Assembly: GCA_951406725.2 (NCBI GenBank) | Contig: OX597815.1 | Coordinates: 73,160,001 to 73,224,000 of the forward strand | Direction of reading: 5' to 3' | DNA from: Octopus vulgaris | Taxonomy: Eukaryota | DNA: 64,000 bases | Shown here: in pieces, positions 43,151-58,720 of the stretch | How positions within the stretch are numbered: the stretch's first letter is position 1 | Layout of the letters: each line of letters starts with the position of its first letter | The notes under the pieces: generated by a model | The model's database searches: none | What the model was told of the DNA's origin: nothing | The model's input: only the letters and a program-made list of their open reading frames with translations | Translations under genes and position numbers: made by a program

Positions 43151-43259
43151 GTAATCTGATGAGGTTTCTTCTGCACTGTGGGGGTGTATTTTATTCCATC
43201 ATACTGTTTCCCCACCCAGTAGGGTGCAGTGCTGATCTAAACTGAAACGATTGTCGTGC
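43151..43259 (+). ncRNA. Hammerhead ribozyme motif
   Basis: CTGATGA (43156)-ggttt...aaact-GAAAC (43244)-gatt-GTC. Stem I is weak. Confidence 0.6.
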
Positions 43260-43326
43260 TAAATAGAGCTGTCAGTACACTCTGTCTTCCCTATCACTTA
43301 TCTAGAATATACATATACATACATAT

Positions 43327-43432
<106 letters not shown>

Positions 43433-43495
43433 ATAGGTATGTATGTATAGGAAAAATTGAAATAGAAGACAAGCGCTCAAGATGTTATTAAATCA

Positions 43496-43600
43496 TTTAT
43501 ATCTTCATGTCATCGACATATGTTTCGATGGATGCATTCAAAATACATCCAAGATGAATAATGGTCAGCAATGCATCACTCTCATCGGGGAGGATATAAA
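43496..43600 (-). ncRNA. Hammerhead ribozyme motif (U4C core variant)
   Basis: tttatatcctcc-CCGATGA-gagtgatgcatt...aatgcatccatc-GAAAC-atat-GTC...gaagatataaa. Lies between microsatellites. Confidence 0.6.
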
Positions 43601-43658
43601 CAACAGTGCTCATCAAATAGACATTTTAACAGTTATAAGAAGCCCCAGAAAATGTGAC

Positions 43659-43726
<68 letters not shown>

Positions 43727-43762
43727 GCATATTCACACACACATACTCGCAATAAATATTTA

Positions 43763-43797
<35 letters not shown>

Positions 43798-43801
<4 letters not shown>

Positions 43802-45100
43802 GAAAGTAAAATGAAAACTGAAAATGCACATTAGATATAAAAATAAAGGTTTTTTAATGAAAAGCAAAGATATATACATACAATTAGATTATTTGAGGTG
43901 GAATTATGAAGTATATAAATCTTTATAATGAATCATTATAGATACTCAAAGTCATACCAGTATCGTCAGAGCTGATTACTGACTTTGAATGAATACCGAT
44001 TTCCAAACGATATTGGATCTAATAGTACCCGAATGAAAAGATTACATGCAAGGGAGGTAAGCAATTCTGGAAGTGATGCAATTAAGGTGGATATAAATAC
44101 TGGAATATGAATGGTGTAATGAAAGTTGCCTCTTTATTTAATATTTTCTGTACTGGGGTATTCTGTGGACATTGATAAAAAGGGAATATTAGGAAGTTCG
44201 GTTTAAGGTTCCTAGCACATCTTTCTATGTGCTCACTGACCTGTATCTGTCTGTATGGTGGGTAGTAGATTTGCTCTTTGTGAAGAGTTGTTCTTCGTCA
44301 GAGTGACAGTCCTGTTTGGCCTATATAGCGACTTCCGCACTCTATGTAAGTAATAGCATAGATTAAGTTTTCAGAGGCACAGGTGAAATTTGATTTTATC
44401 TTAAATATTTCACCTTGTTTGAAGTGAAACTCGGTACCCTCCAAAAGGTGGAGGCATGTGCCACAGTTAGGCCGCCTGTATTTTTTCACTTTTGGTTCTG
44501 TTGTTAATGGATATAGTCTTGCGCTGGTTCACATGTTTTCAATGATTTCGGTTGCATTTTGCTCTTGATAATTTTGTGTGTGCTTAACATTTTGTTCATT
44601 GTTTTATCTCCAGTGAGAATAGGTAGATTTGGATGATGATGTTGAAGGCCTCATTGTTTCTATGGTTGTATGTGGAGATGTAAGGGAGTATTTTTAGATC
44701 TGGTGTAGTATTTTGGTTAACTTCCCTCAATGTTTGTATGTCTATTTCCTTCGCTCGTTTAATCCCATCATTTATTAATTAGTGTTGATTTAAGTTCAAG
44801 GAGTCTTCGTTCGCGAGTATTGGTATCCGAAACTATTATTCTTTTCGCTAGATTATAAAGTATATTAATTTTTATGTGTTTGTAGTGGCATGAGTTCAAT
44901 AATATGTGTTGTTTTGAATCTGTGGGTTTATAGAAGATGTTCGTTTCGATGTGGTTATTGACTATTTTAATTAGGATGTCAAGAAAAGGAAGTTGTTTAT
45001 TGCTGTGTTCCATGGTGAATTGTATGTTGTTATTGTTGAGCATTATTTTAAAATCGAGGAGTTTATCCATGCAATCGTTCCAAAGTATAAAGCAATCATT
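43798..45100 (-). mobile_element. 5'-truncated Penelope-like element, Neptune-type (RT thumb, Cys linker, GIY-YIG), 3' end abutting (TA)n
   Basis: (N)DCFILW, IQFTME...LPFLDILI...IFYKPTDS...SCH.KH...NLAKRI; PNCGTC...FTCASENLIYAI...CG.RYIGQT. Stops and frameshifts present. Confidence 0.9.
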
Positions 45101-45194
45101 TGTGTATGTATTTCTGTGTGTGCGTGTGTGTGTGTGTATTTCTGTGTGTGTGTATTTCTGTGTGTGTGTGTGTATTTGTATATATCAAAACAGG

Positions 45195-45470
45195 TGATTG
45201 AAAAAAAATGTTCGTATCATTTATTGGCCATTACACATGTTTCATTTGCTAATAGGTGTTACATGCAGGAGAAACATGTAGGAAAAACATCTATTAGAAA
45301 TTCGTTAGACAGAGATTCAAATAATATTACAGTGTTATTTGATTCTTTGCCTGAAGAATGTCTAATAGGAGATGTTTTAGATGTTTTCCGACATGTACAA
45401 TTTGTCATTCCTATTAGAAATGAAATATATGTAATGGTGAATAGATAATGCCAAACATTTTTTTCAAATC
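45195..45470. mobile_element. Fold-back element with a hammerhead core in each arm
   Basis: Plus: CTGAAGA (45351)-atgtctaatagga...tcctattagaaat-GAAA-tatat-GTA (45433). Minus: CTAACGA (45302-45308)-atttctaatag...ctattagcaaat-GAAAC-atgt-GTA. Confidence 0.7.
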
Positions 45471-45695
45471 TCCTCTTTTGATATGTAATCGGTCTACAAA
45501 AATTATTTTCCAGAATTCTCAAGTCTTACCATACCTTACTCAAATATAACATTTACATACGACTTTAGAGTACTGGAATAAGTAGATGTGCTTCAAGAGG
45601 ACACAACTAGGATTACAACACTATCTTCATACTATGTATATATATATATATATGCATATATATGTATATATATATATGTGTGTGTGTATGTACAC

Positions 45696-45756
<61 letters not shown>

Positions 45757-46437
45757 TGAGTATTGAGTGTTCTACTTGTTTAGATGTTTTATTTCTAAGC
45801 AACAATACCGCCTCTCTAAGCACTGAGCTATTCTTTGGTCTCTGCCTTTCTCCTTGTGAGCTTAGAAATATCCACTCCCCATTGTGACACTACTTGCTTG
45901 ATAAAGAACCTGCTCCCGAAGAACAAGTGTAAAAAGTATACAAAACAGTCTTTAGTATATTTTGAATATTCATCAAATATAGAAACAAGTCAATTTTTTT
46001 TTACCTTTATTTAACTATTCATAATTTAGCTCGTAGACGTTATAGTATGGGCAAATAGTTAAGGCATTAGCTTTGCAACTACGAGATCCCCTACTTGATC
46101 CCACCTCATGGAATATGAGGCGACTTTCATTTACTATATCTTTGGGTTGACCTATAGCTTGTGAGTGAAACTGGGGAGACGAAAACTGTACAGAAGCCTG
46201 TTCGTTGAATTATACTCGTAATTCAAAAAGTAAGACTTTTCACCTATCGTGTCACGCTGATTAGGGGTGCATATGTCTGTGGAATACAGAATCATTTATA
46301 CATTAATTCAGGAGAAATTGTTCGGACGATAGAATCCTCATCGTCGATCGACTGAGATCCACCACAATTTTTGTTCACCAATACCGTCATTCAACTCTAG
46401 CCAACAACGAAATTTTGAAAGAAAATGCCGGTACTTT

Positions 46438-46800
46438 ATTCTCTATTCCCACCAAAATGCCCTGTTGTTAATAACATGTTTTCTCTGAAATCTTGGATTA
46501 TTTCCTATATTCTATTTGATAAAGAGAAGATTTCCCGAAATATTATAGGAGCATTAAACAAACTTGTTTTCGTCATTATTTATTGGCATCACCTTACATA
46601 TTTTGTTTAACTTTTGTTCACACTCTATTCACAACAGAATGGCCTACCGATAACACTTTCTCTCGGAACTCTTGATTATTATCTGTCTCATGTGTAATAA
46701 AGAGAATCTTCCCCGAAATATAATAGCTATATTAAACAACCTACGTAGAGTGATACAATATCTTGTCTTTATTTATTAGCACCATCTGACATATTTTACC
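46438..46800. repeat. Diverged ~185-bp tandem dimer
   Basis: 'ctctattc...ataaagagaa...cccgaaatat...attaaacaa...tttatt.gca' occurs twice. Confidence 0.6.
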
Positions 46801-47454
46801 AAAATTCTCGCCTGTTTGCTCAAAGGTCTTCTTAAAAATATTTATATCATTTATGCATTATAATGCTTCGAGCAAACTCCAGTAGACTTCTATTCAGTTT
46901 TTTAAATGTTTATTGGATTGTCTGGTGATATATCTCAGGAAAATAGCGAAACTAGTTATGTTTAAAATATTTTTTTACCAAACTTTTCTTTAGCAAAATT
47001 TAAAATTGTTACATTTTATTTTCTCAAAACGATGGTTGTTTTTATATTATGCTGGGTGAATGTGTTATAACGAAAGATTAAACCATTGCGTGGGTAATAG
47101 AAAAGAAAACATGAAATATAAACACAAATTATGGGAACAAGGAAATCTATTACTAGAAAAACAAAATGCAATGGAAAAAATATTCACATTTATAGTCGTA
47201 CTGGAAAACAATTTCTTTTATATAATATCTATATTTAATAGTGCAAAACACATCCAAACACTAGCGACATTTGTAAAATAACAAGTTTCGTTTTTATTTA
47301 ACTTAATATTTAAGCGATGACACTATTGGACATCAACAGAAGTCGGGGTGATCGGTTCAGTGTGAAGCGATAGGAGCTGGTAATTGTTTCTTATTTAGGT
47401 ACAAAGAATTTTTAAGGAGAAGTGGGTGAGTATAATCGATACTATTGATCCCAG

Positions 47455-49221
<1,767 letters not shown>

Positions 49222-49279
49222 CGTTTTTTTGTTTTGTTTTTTTGCGGAGTGGAGATACTCCGAAGCCATCATCTCTATG

Positions 49280-49470
49280 AAGCTCTATTTTATAAATGAT
49301 TAAATTACAAAATGGCGGAATTACCAACTAAGTCACTTAACTTTGCTTCATCGTAGCTATCCACACTATCAATGAGCAAATTTTCGTTATCATTCTTTAC
49401 CCAGGTAGAACTGTCGCAGAATACAAAGGACATTTTCGTATAGAATATTATTATTATTATTATTATTAGT

Positions 49471-49502
<32 letters not shown>

Positions 49503-49945
49503 TATTATTATTATTATCTAGTGGTGTTACCATATCTTTTCCATGATCCAGTACTTTTGTTTGGAACTGTTTTCCAATCAATGGGTAGACTTTTTTAGCG
49601 CCAAAGTAGGTCAATTTATGCGACTATTTGTTCTTTCATTGAAACAGTCGATGAAAGATGTATTGTTGTTCCATTACATTAACTTCATTGCTTGTGTAAT
49701 TTTGTTAGTATTCTGCAATATCAAACTGGTGAATCTGCAATTGGATTTATCTTCGATATTATTGGACCACTTGATAGTAGCACAGGCGCATTTCCAATTT
49801 TTAAAATTTGTAATGTGTCTTCTTTTTGCATTCATAGAATCTAAAATGTGTTTGAAGATTATCTCTAGCTCTTTTTTTTTTATTATTGTTATTATTGGTT
49901 TGATGAGTCCCCGCTTTGGGTTGACTGAGAAATTATCCTTGTGAT
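49280..49945 (-). pseudogene. Decayed Penelope-like RT fragment resembling the Naiad clade
   Basis: HKDNFSVNPKRGLIKP...KHILDSMN...NWK...IKW.NNIEDK...QFDIAEY and SFVF...WVKN...DSYDEAKLSDLVG. Compare the remembered consensus HKENF.NNP.CRLINP...GSYDGAE.CELVG. Confidence 0.6.
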
Positions 49946-49959
49946 CTTTTCATGTTAAG

Positions 49960-50043
<84 letters not shown>

Positions 50044-50261
50044 TGTGGGTGGGTTGGTGTAGCTTGAAGCAAAAGCTGCACATATGAGAGGACAGATTTT
50101 ACTATGGGGATTAAATATATTCATTTTATAGTTTGTTTTTTTTCATATTTGAAGGTGGATACAACAAACACACATCATACAAACAAAAGGCACAAACATC
50201 ACATAAACAGACTCTTAACAGACATACATACGACACACACAAAAACACACACATTTATACA

Positions 50262-50319
<58 letters not shown>

Positions 50320-50774
50320 CGTGAGCGTACGTAAGCATATAAAAAACGTTTAGTAAAATAGAAAGGAAGTTTTATGAGAAATATAAGATTTTTTAAAAAA
50401 TATATTCACCAAAGAGTTACTTTAAAAAGCACATTAATTTTTCAAATATACTTTCATCAACATACGAAGAAAAAATAAAGCGTTGTTGAATAAATACAGG
50501 AAATGGAGTGAGATTTGTGTGGGTTTATACAGCTTGTGTATTTTATATCGCTTAACAAACATTGATTTAGTATTAAGTATTATAATTTAGTACTTAACTA
50601 AAGTCGGCTGGTTGGTATAAACCGTAGGGGCCCTTCCTAAATGTATTTCGCTTGAATATTTAGTATCGGTTCAGGAATAAAGTTTGTCATTTATCTCTCG
50701 TTGATTGACTTAATTAGGAATAAATTTGACTTTAAAACTCTTCCGTCTAATCATTGGCCTTGTTCGTTTCATTC

Positions 50775-50937
50775 CTTATATCTTTTACGTGTTTCAGTCG
50801 TTGGACTACGGCCGTGCTGGGGTTAAGTTCAATAAATCGACTCCGTTACTTGTTTTTAATTCTGCTACTTTGTTGGTCCGCTAAGTTACGGAGACGTAAA
50901 CAAACCAAACTGTTGTCAAACTCATACATATATCTGT

Positions 50938-50995
<58 letters not shown>

Positions 50996-51148
50996 CCGGC
51001 TTCCACATAGTTTGCGCCTACCAAATTCACTCATAAAGCGTTGGTCAGCCTGGGACTTTGATAGAAGATAATTGCCCAAGTTGCCGTGAAGTGGGACTGA
51101 ACCTTAAACCACATGATCTGAAAGCGGGCTTCTTAACCACACAGCCAT
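50775..51148 (-). mobile_element. SINE family A, diverged
   Basis: Colinear with family A. Confidence 0.8.
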
Positions 51149-51287
51149 ACCTATATATACCATTTTTTGTGTGCAAGAATTGAAAATAATGTTTTATATC
51201 ATATACACACAGACTCAGACACACACATACACATATACATACATACATGCATACATACATACATACATACATACATACATACATACA

Positions 51288-51377
<90 letters not shown>

Positions 51378-51378
<1 letters not shown>

Positions 51379-51919
51379 GTAACAATAAAGGGTGAAATTA
51401 ATTAATTTGGAATAATTATCAATTACACCAAGTAGATTTCGGCATGTAAAAGCCTCATTCGAGGAAAATTTAAGTAATACTAAGCAATTAAGGGTTTAGC
51501 AACGAATTGCTCACCACACACCGAGTTTAGAAATAGCAGTCAAAGAGATATAGCTATTCCTTCTACTAAAAGGGAGATCTCAGTAAAAACACAGCACTTG
51601 AAAGGCAAACACAGACAGGTAAGAAAGAATGAAATGACGGCAATCTATCATAGATTGCCGTCATTTCATTCTTCTTACCTGTCTGTGTTTGCCTTTCAAG
51701 TGCTGTGTTTTTACTGAGATCTCCCTTTTAGTAGAAGGAATAGCTATATCTCTTTGACTGCTATTTCTAAACTCGGTGTGTGGTGAGGCAATTCGTTGCT
51801 AAACCCTTAATTGCTTAGTATTACTTAAATTTTCCTCGAATGAGGCTTTTACATGCCGAAATCTACTTGGTGTAATTGATAATTATTCCAAATTAATTAA
51901 TTTCACCCTTTATTGTTAC

Positions 51920-51920
<1 letters not shown>
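51378..51920. repeat. Near-perfect 543-bp palindrome in (TA)n
   Basis: 271-bp arms around a single C at 51649 (caatctat-c-atagattg). Only two 1-bp indels seen. Confidence 0.95.
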
Positions 51921-51967
<47 letters not shown>

Positions 51968-52290
51968 CAGGCGAGTCCAAGTATCAGCGTCTCTCATGCT
52001 CATCACAAATTTTACATAAGACATATGCCTCATCGAAGAATTTCACGCTTTCCACCAACACTTCTAGTCCTAAATGGATTATTTTAATGTATCTAGCCCG
52101 AGTTATTGGCTGGAATTAGATAATTGAAGTCAATATTGGCAGAAATTAAATCAGCTTGCAAATACACGCTCATTTTACTAAATTTATACTAGGGTTAAGG
52201 CCGAACAGCCTGAATACCCGAGTCGCCACTGATATATATTCTTTTATTCTTTTACTTGTTTCAGTCACACACATACACACATATGTGTAT

Positions 52291-52915
52291 ATATATTATA
52301 AAGTAAGAGCAGGAAAAATTACATTAAAAGATCATCACAGAAGATATACCTCCAAAATAATTCTGTATAGATATATATAAATATATAAAATATGATTTAA
52401 TTCCGAAGTTTACAATATCTTACGATCGTTTCATGAATGTATTACCCTTCGAAATGAAATCTAAAATTGATAATCATTATTAGGTAATACATCCACTCGT
52501 CAGAGAAAGCGGGTGAATTTCCGTGTTGTCAATCGAACGCTATTTTAAAATATATGAAAAAGATGTTGTTTAAAAACTTATTTAAACAACATATTTTTCC
52601 CTCTGACGAGTGGATGTATTACCAAATAATAATTATCAATTTTAGATTTCATTTCGAAGGGTAATGAAACGATCGCAAGATATTTTAAACTTCTTAAATA
52701 ATCATACTTTATAAATTTATATATCTATCTATTAATACATTATTTTGGACGTATAACTTCTGTGATGATTTTTCAATGTAATTTTTCCTGCTCTTACTTT
52801 ATAATATATAATCGCTCTTATTAAATGTCAAAATACCTTTAGGGTTTTAGACATTTCCCAACCAAGAGTACTTATTCGAAATTCAATATACTGTATTCTT
52901 ATTGAATATATCTGT
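52291..52915. mobile_element. Fold-back pLTR-like element (arms 52291-52505 and 52601-52809, plus tail)
   Basis: Reverse-complement arms, with a hammerhead core in each. Ends in (TA)n. Confidence 0.8.
52418..52506 (-). ncRNA. Type I hammerhead ribozyme motif, intact core
   Basis: tct-CTGACGA-gtggatgtattacc...ggtaatacattcat-GAAAC-gatc-GTA-aga. 14-bp stem II and palindromic ACGAUCGU stem III. Confidence 0.8.
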
Positions 52916-52934
52916 ATATATATATATATATATA

Positions 52935-53864
52935 AAACAGTGCTGGGAGAATAAGAACGGAACGAAGCGAACGAATCGAATCGAACCGACGCGAGGGCGC
53001 TGTCAAACAATAGTGTAATAAATAAATAAAATATATGCATACATACAAACATATATGTACGTACCTACATCTACATGTATATATACATGCATATATAAAT
53101 ATATATACGTAAGTACAGGACACCACAACTAGACGTAGAACTCAACGAGAAACAAAACGGAAAAGCCATTTTTTTTACAACAGAAAAACAGAGACGTAGA
53201 ACTCAACGAGAAACGAAAACGGAAAAACCATTTTTTACAACAGAAAAACAGAGTACAAGACATACTACACAAGGAAAAATCCCCTTCCTCAGCTGTCACC
53301 AGTTCGACTCTAGCGTGTTTCGAAGGCAAGACAGAACACGACTCGCCAAACTAGTCCTTCCTACGAGAGAATTAAAATAAAATTACCTCGCAGAGGGGTA
53401 AAAACAAGCAAGAAAAAAATGTAACACAAACAGGACGTAAAAACGATACAAATAAAACTACAAAATAAAATACAAGATAAAAATACATGTACAAGAAATA
53501 CAATACGAGAAATAAAAATAAACAAGAAATCAAACAAGAAAAACAAACGAAAAGGCCTTTTTCTGGCTTAGACGAGGAGATTCTGGCAGCGCATGGGAAC
53601 ACAAATGTGTGTCTTTACAGTTTGAAGGCCGCGTATAAAAGGAAGTAGTTTAGGCTAGCAGTGACAAGGATGAGGAGGAGTGAGAGATAGAGGAAGACAA
53701 GCGGCTGAGAGAGAGATGAGGAAGAGTGAGAGAGAGAGAGAGAGAAGGGAAGGTAAAGCAATGTACTCACGTATATATATTTATATATGCATGTATATAT
53801 ACATGTAGATGTAGGTACGTACATATATGTTTGTATGTATGCATATATTTTATTTATTACACTA
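52935..53864. mobile_element. Inverted-repeat element (arms 53011-53117 and 53762-53864) between microsatellites
   Basis: Arms are reverse complements. Internal ~61-bp tandem duplication at 53131-53253. Confidence 0.65.
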
Positions 53865-53900
<36 letters not shown>

Positions 53901-53958
53901 TGTATGTATGTATGTATGTATGGATGGATGGATGGATGGATGGATGGATGGATGGATG

Positions 53959-53992
<34 letters not shown>

Positions 53993-54048
53993 TGTATGTA
54001 TGTATGTATGTATGGATGGATGGATGGATGGATGAATGGATGGATGTG

Positions 54049-54080
<32 letters not shown>

Positions 54081-55396
54081 TGTATGTATGTATGTATGTA
54101 TGTATGTTTGAGTTTTTACAGTGATTTCTAAAACACCATACCTCGTTCAACTTGTAGTCATTATGGAAAACAAAATAAAAGTAGGAACATGGACTCCATT
54201 CTGCAATCCCCAGGTGGAGATGTCGATTTTCAATGACGGAGATTTCAATTTTGCAAAAAAAGAACAGAAAATCTTCAAATTTTTAGCCACCGCCAATATT
54301 TATGTTTTTAATTTTTTCGATTTTTTAAAAATTTCCCCACCGCCACAACCACCACAACCACCTCCATATAAATCCGGCTTTGATGTCAATATTCCTCCAG
54401 GCATCAGAATTCAATACAGTTCAAATGAGGCGTTTAGTAACAGTGTTGTAAACGCCACCCTGGCCATTTTCGAGGTTAGTATATCATTTTCTTTATCTTG
54501 ACGTTTAGAATCAAAAGAGGTTGGGAGGAAGAACCGGTGAGGCTTGCAATAAGGTCGAAAATCTGGCTGAAAAAAATTTACCTCGATGCTATTGACACGA
54601 CGCTCACTCACCCAAACTTGGACTAGAGAGTTTAGTAACACACCTTCGCAAGCTCACACGCTCAATCAATAACTTTGTTGTGTTCCCTGTATCGTTTTTA
54701 GAGATATTATTGCTCATTTTCTAATATTCCTCGTTACTATCGTAACGTACCTCTGGTATATTAAAACACAAACAATACTTTGGTTGGGTCTCTGTATGTT
54801 TTATGTATGTATTATGGCTAAAATATGCAATGCGATACGCCGTTTCGTAGTACCAGTACATTCTACAAAATGAGAAAGACGCAGTCATTGTTTCATCTTT
54901 CAGATGTATACATAAATAAATAATTTTACATAGATAGGATGATTAGAAGAGGCCTTCACGGTTATTTTAAGACTGAAACCAACTTCCTAACATCATTCAT
55001 TGCTGAGATATCGCATTCTGAAAGTCGCGAAACTTTGATTGTGTTTTTCTCTGTTTTTAAGTTGTGGAGCTTACGATGGGTCTGTTACTAAACGCCTCAA
55101 ATATTGTAAAAAATTCATTGCTGTCTAGACAAACTCATAATTGATTTTGGCACATAATTCAGGTAAGCGGCCACATAAGCTGCGTTTACTTATTCTCCAG
55201 GGTGTTGAGAATGTAGAGGAATGGGTTTAGATCAGTTTCTGTTTCTTGCAGGTTTAATAATCTAGAGAAATGAGACGGAAATCGCAAATACAAGGCAGTC
55301 AAGATGTTATGCTGATATGTGTATATATATATGTGTGAGTGTGTGTGTGTGTGTATACACACACACATGTATATATGTGTATATATAAAAGGCAGG

Positions 55397-55441
<45 letters not shown>

Positions 55442-55831
55442 CGCGCGAGAATGTTATTTATGCCTGTCCATAAGTTAGCACGCGTGTCGCTCCAATTTTA
55501 GGAGGACATTTGTTATGATCCTATCCGTATTTTCGTCAACTTTTTTTTTACCCAGAGGCACCAGCGAATAGCAGTAAAAATAAATTTTCAACCAAAACTT
55601 TTAACAATTTTCAAGTCAGAGAAATCACCATTGTTTGCGAACAGAAGTTAAGTCCCCTTCTAGCGACGAGTAAGATTTTGTTAAGACTTTTGTTGTTTTT
55701 TTTCCATCGAGGAAAAAAGTGTTTTGTTGATATATGGGCAACACGCACACACACGAACATGTATGCGTGCAAAAAAAACATGTATACAGTAGGTGTACGT
55801 ACGTACGTGTGTGTAGGTATGTGTGTGTTCC

Positions 55832-55894
<63 letters not shown>

Positions 55895-56004
55895 CCGAAA
55901 TTGCGAGGATGATCCGGTTCTTGACTGAAGATTAGAGGCTTCGAATGACCCGTCGTTTTTTTTGTGTCGTCTCTTTGAGTGTTTTGCATTCTTGTCCCAT
56001 TTTG

Positions 56005-56104
<100 letters not shown>

Positions 56105-56136
56105 TTTATTTAAAGCAGCAGAAAATTCAACAAAAC

Positions 56137-56174
56137 CTGTTACTCTGAGTTTCCCGTTGCCGTTCATCGGACAG
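56137..56174 (-). ncRNA. 38-nt minimal hammerhead motif
   Basis: ctgt-CCGATGA-acg-gcaa-cgg-GAAAC-tcaga-GTA-acag, inside a ~210-bp insert flanked by (TA)n. Confidence 0.65.
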
Positions 56175-56307
56175 TTTTTGCTAGAATGGAACCGATATGT
56201 CAATTCTATCCAGACTATTACAAACGCTACACCTTTGAAAAATGGACTTGTTTGATTGGCCCTTTAGAAATAACGGTCAATTTTCAAGCGATAAACAAAG
56301 ATGAGCT

Positions 56308-56402
<95 letters not shown>

Positions 56403-56930
56403 TTATATATATATAAATATATTATAAAAATTATAAAATTCGAGGAAAAACCTTACATTGAATAAAATACATATTGACCTTAATGAAGGAAATATAATAC
56501 ATAGAAATTGAAATGCATTAAAAATATGCATTAAAAATATAACACAGCAATACATATTCATATTAAAGTATACATATATATCAACATACACAGAATAGAT
56601 GCGTGTGAACCCCATACATATACAGACGTATAAATATAAAGCTAAAATATACACACAAATGCATGTATACATATGTATACGCAATCTAGTTCGCACGCAA
56701 GCTAAAATCATGGATGGTTAAGTATCGTTCGTATTTACGAAGCAAAGCTTAAGACATGAGTAAGTGAGGGGGGCGTAAAGTTTCATGACTCTATACATGT
56801 ATCGTATAGTTAGAGAAAAAAACGAAAGAAAGGAAGAGAGACGAAAAAGAAAAGAAGGAAAAAAAGAAAAAAGGAGGGGTGGGGAAAAAAACGAAATAAG
56901 AAAAATTATGTATACAAGCTGTGTAACCTC

Positions 56931-56993
<63 letters not shown>

Positions 56994-56998
56994 AACAT

Positions 56999-57068
<70 letters not shown>

Positions 57069-57379
57069 ATTGCCTATGTTTTGTTCACTGTAGGACGAAG
57101 GCCCTAGCATGTTCCCTTCACCAACCACGTTCTGATGTGGAGGCCGTGAATTTGAACTTGAGATCATACTGACTCAATGAGGTTATTGTGCCACACTGGT
57201 TCTACATGGTTGACAGAGCGGCGCAGTTTTTATACTCTTTCCGAGGAGTAGTTAAGTAGATTGCATCGTCCAGGGTGCTTAACTGGTATTTATTTTATTG
57301 ACCGCGAAAGGATGAAAGGTAAAGTCGGCCACGGCGGAATTTGAAATCAGAATGTAAGGACGGAAGAAATACCGTTAAG

Positions 57380-57425
<46 letters not shown>

Positions 57426-58720
57426 GATTCAGATAGTTGGATAGGTAAAGAGCGAAAATGAGAGAGAAGGGGAGATAAAAAGAGATACTCTAAATGTGTC
57501 TGTGTTTCACCTATCAGTTGATAGCTTTACTATATCGTTCTACGGAGGCTATGGCAATCACAGAAGCCAATGGAGATTAGGACAGAGATAAATATTTATG
57601 ATTAAGACTATAGAGCCGTAAAGCTGACATGGGTGGTGGGATTGAAGATGTCAAAGAATTCAAATTCTTTATCAAGAGCGTCGAAGTCTTAGTACAAGAA
57701 TGCTTGTACGAATTCCGTGCTGTGAACGATGAATTGCATAGCAAAGGGGATTAGTTCTAAAATTCTAATATTGCTGGGAGAGATAAGCAGTGTTGGTAGT
57801 AGATGTTGTAAAATTTGGATTTCAACAAAAGCAGACGATATCAGAGTGAAAGTGCGGCACAATTAAATTTCAAAAACAACGTTTATGATAAATTGATTGA
57901 TACTTTCAGTGTAACCCTAACCCGGACCCGAAATCGAACCCTAACTTCTATTCAAATGACACCATCCATATTTTTAGTATGCCGGACGAAACGCTCTGTG
58001 CCATTTTTTTCGGTTTTACGTTCTGAATTCAAATTCTGCTGGGTTCAATTTTGCCTTTCATCCCTTCTGGGGACGATAAAATATCACCCAAAATATCATT
58101 TAAATGTCAGGAAGGAAACACTGAGTGGTACAATACTGTATGTGCTATATATAATAGGAAAAAAGGAGGTATAGCCACGGCTGGAAAGCCTTGAATCATA
58201 TCATAGTTGAATTAAAGCTAACTAGGTCAGGGCTCTTAATACATGTAGCTTCGTTTATCACCGATTCATTTATCACTGATCCGGGATAACTGTGAGCCAT
58301 GTTACACTTATCATGGATTGTTCTGTAATAATACGGGTCGGCGATCAGTTGAAGATTGTGCTGTATCGGCAAAAAAATTTCCCAACAACCACCCATCATG
58401 CACTGACTACTGCTTGTGTTTACATGACCGTACTGCAAGGCTGCGAATCTTTTTATACGAATTTACGCACTCGTACCCACCAAAGTGAAACCAGTGAACA
58501 GAAAAAGTAAGAAGACGTCTGATTTCAACAAGGCGACATAGACGAATCTATTCTCTACAAGAAAAGGTAGAGACGATCAATAAAGTACGTGGTGGTGGAA
58601 GCTTTGCTGTTGTGGGCGCCGAGGTTGATGTCAATGAATCTATTATTCGTTCCATTTACACAGTGTCTGGAGATGATTCATTTATCAATGTGGGTTTCTT
58701 TTTCTCTTTTTTTATCACAT

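Noticed and set aside
55062-55162. AG...CAG|GTAAGC exon candidate
   Set aside because: Stops in all three frames and no other support.
57910-57950. Telomere-like aaccctaa motifs
   Set aside because: Only two isolated units.
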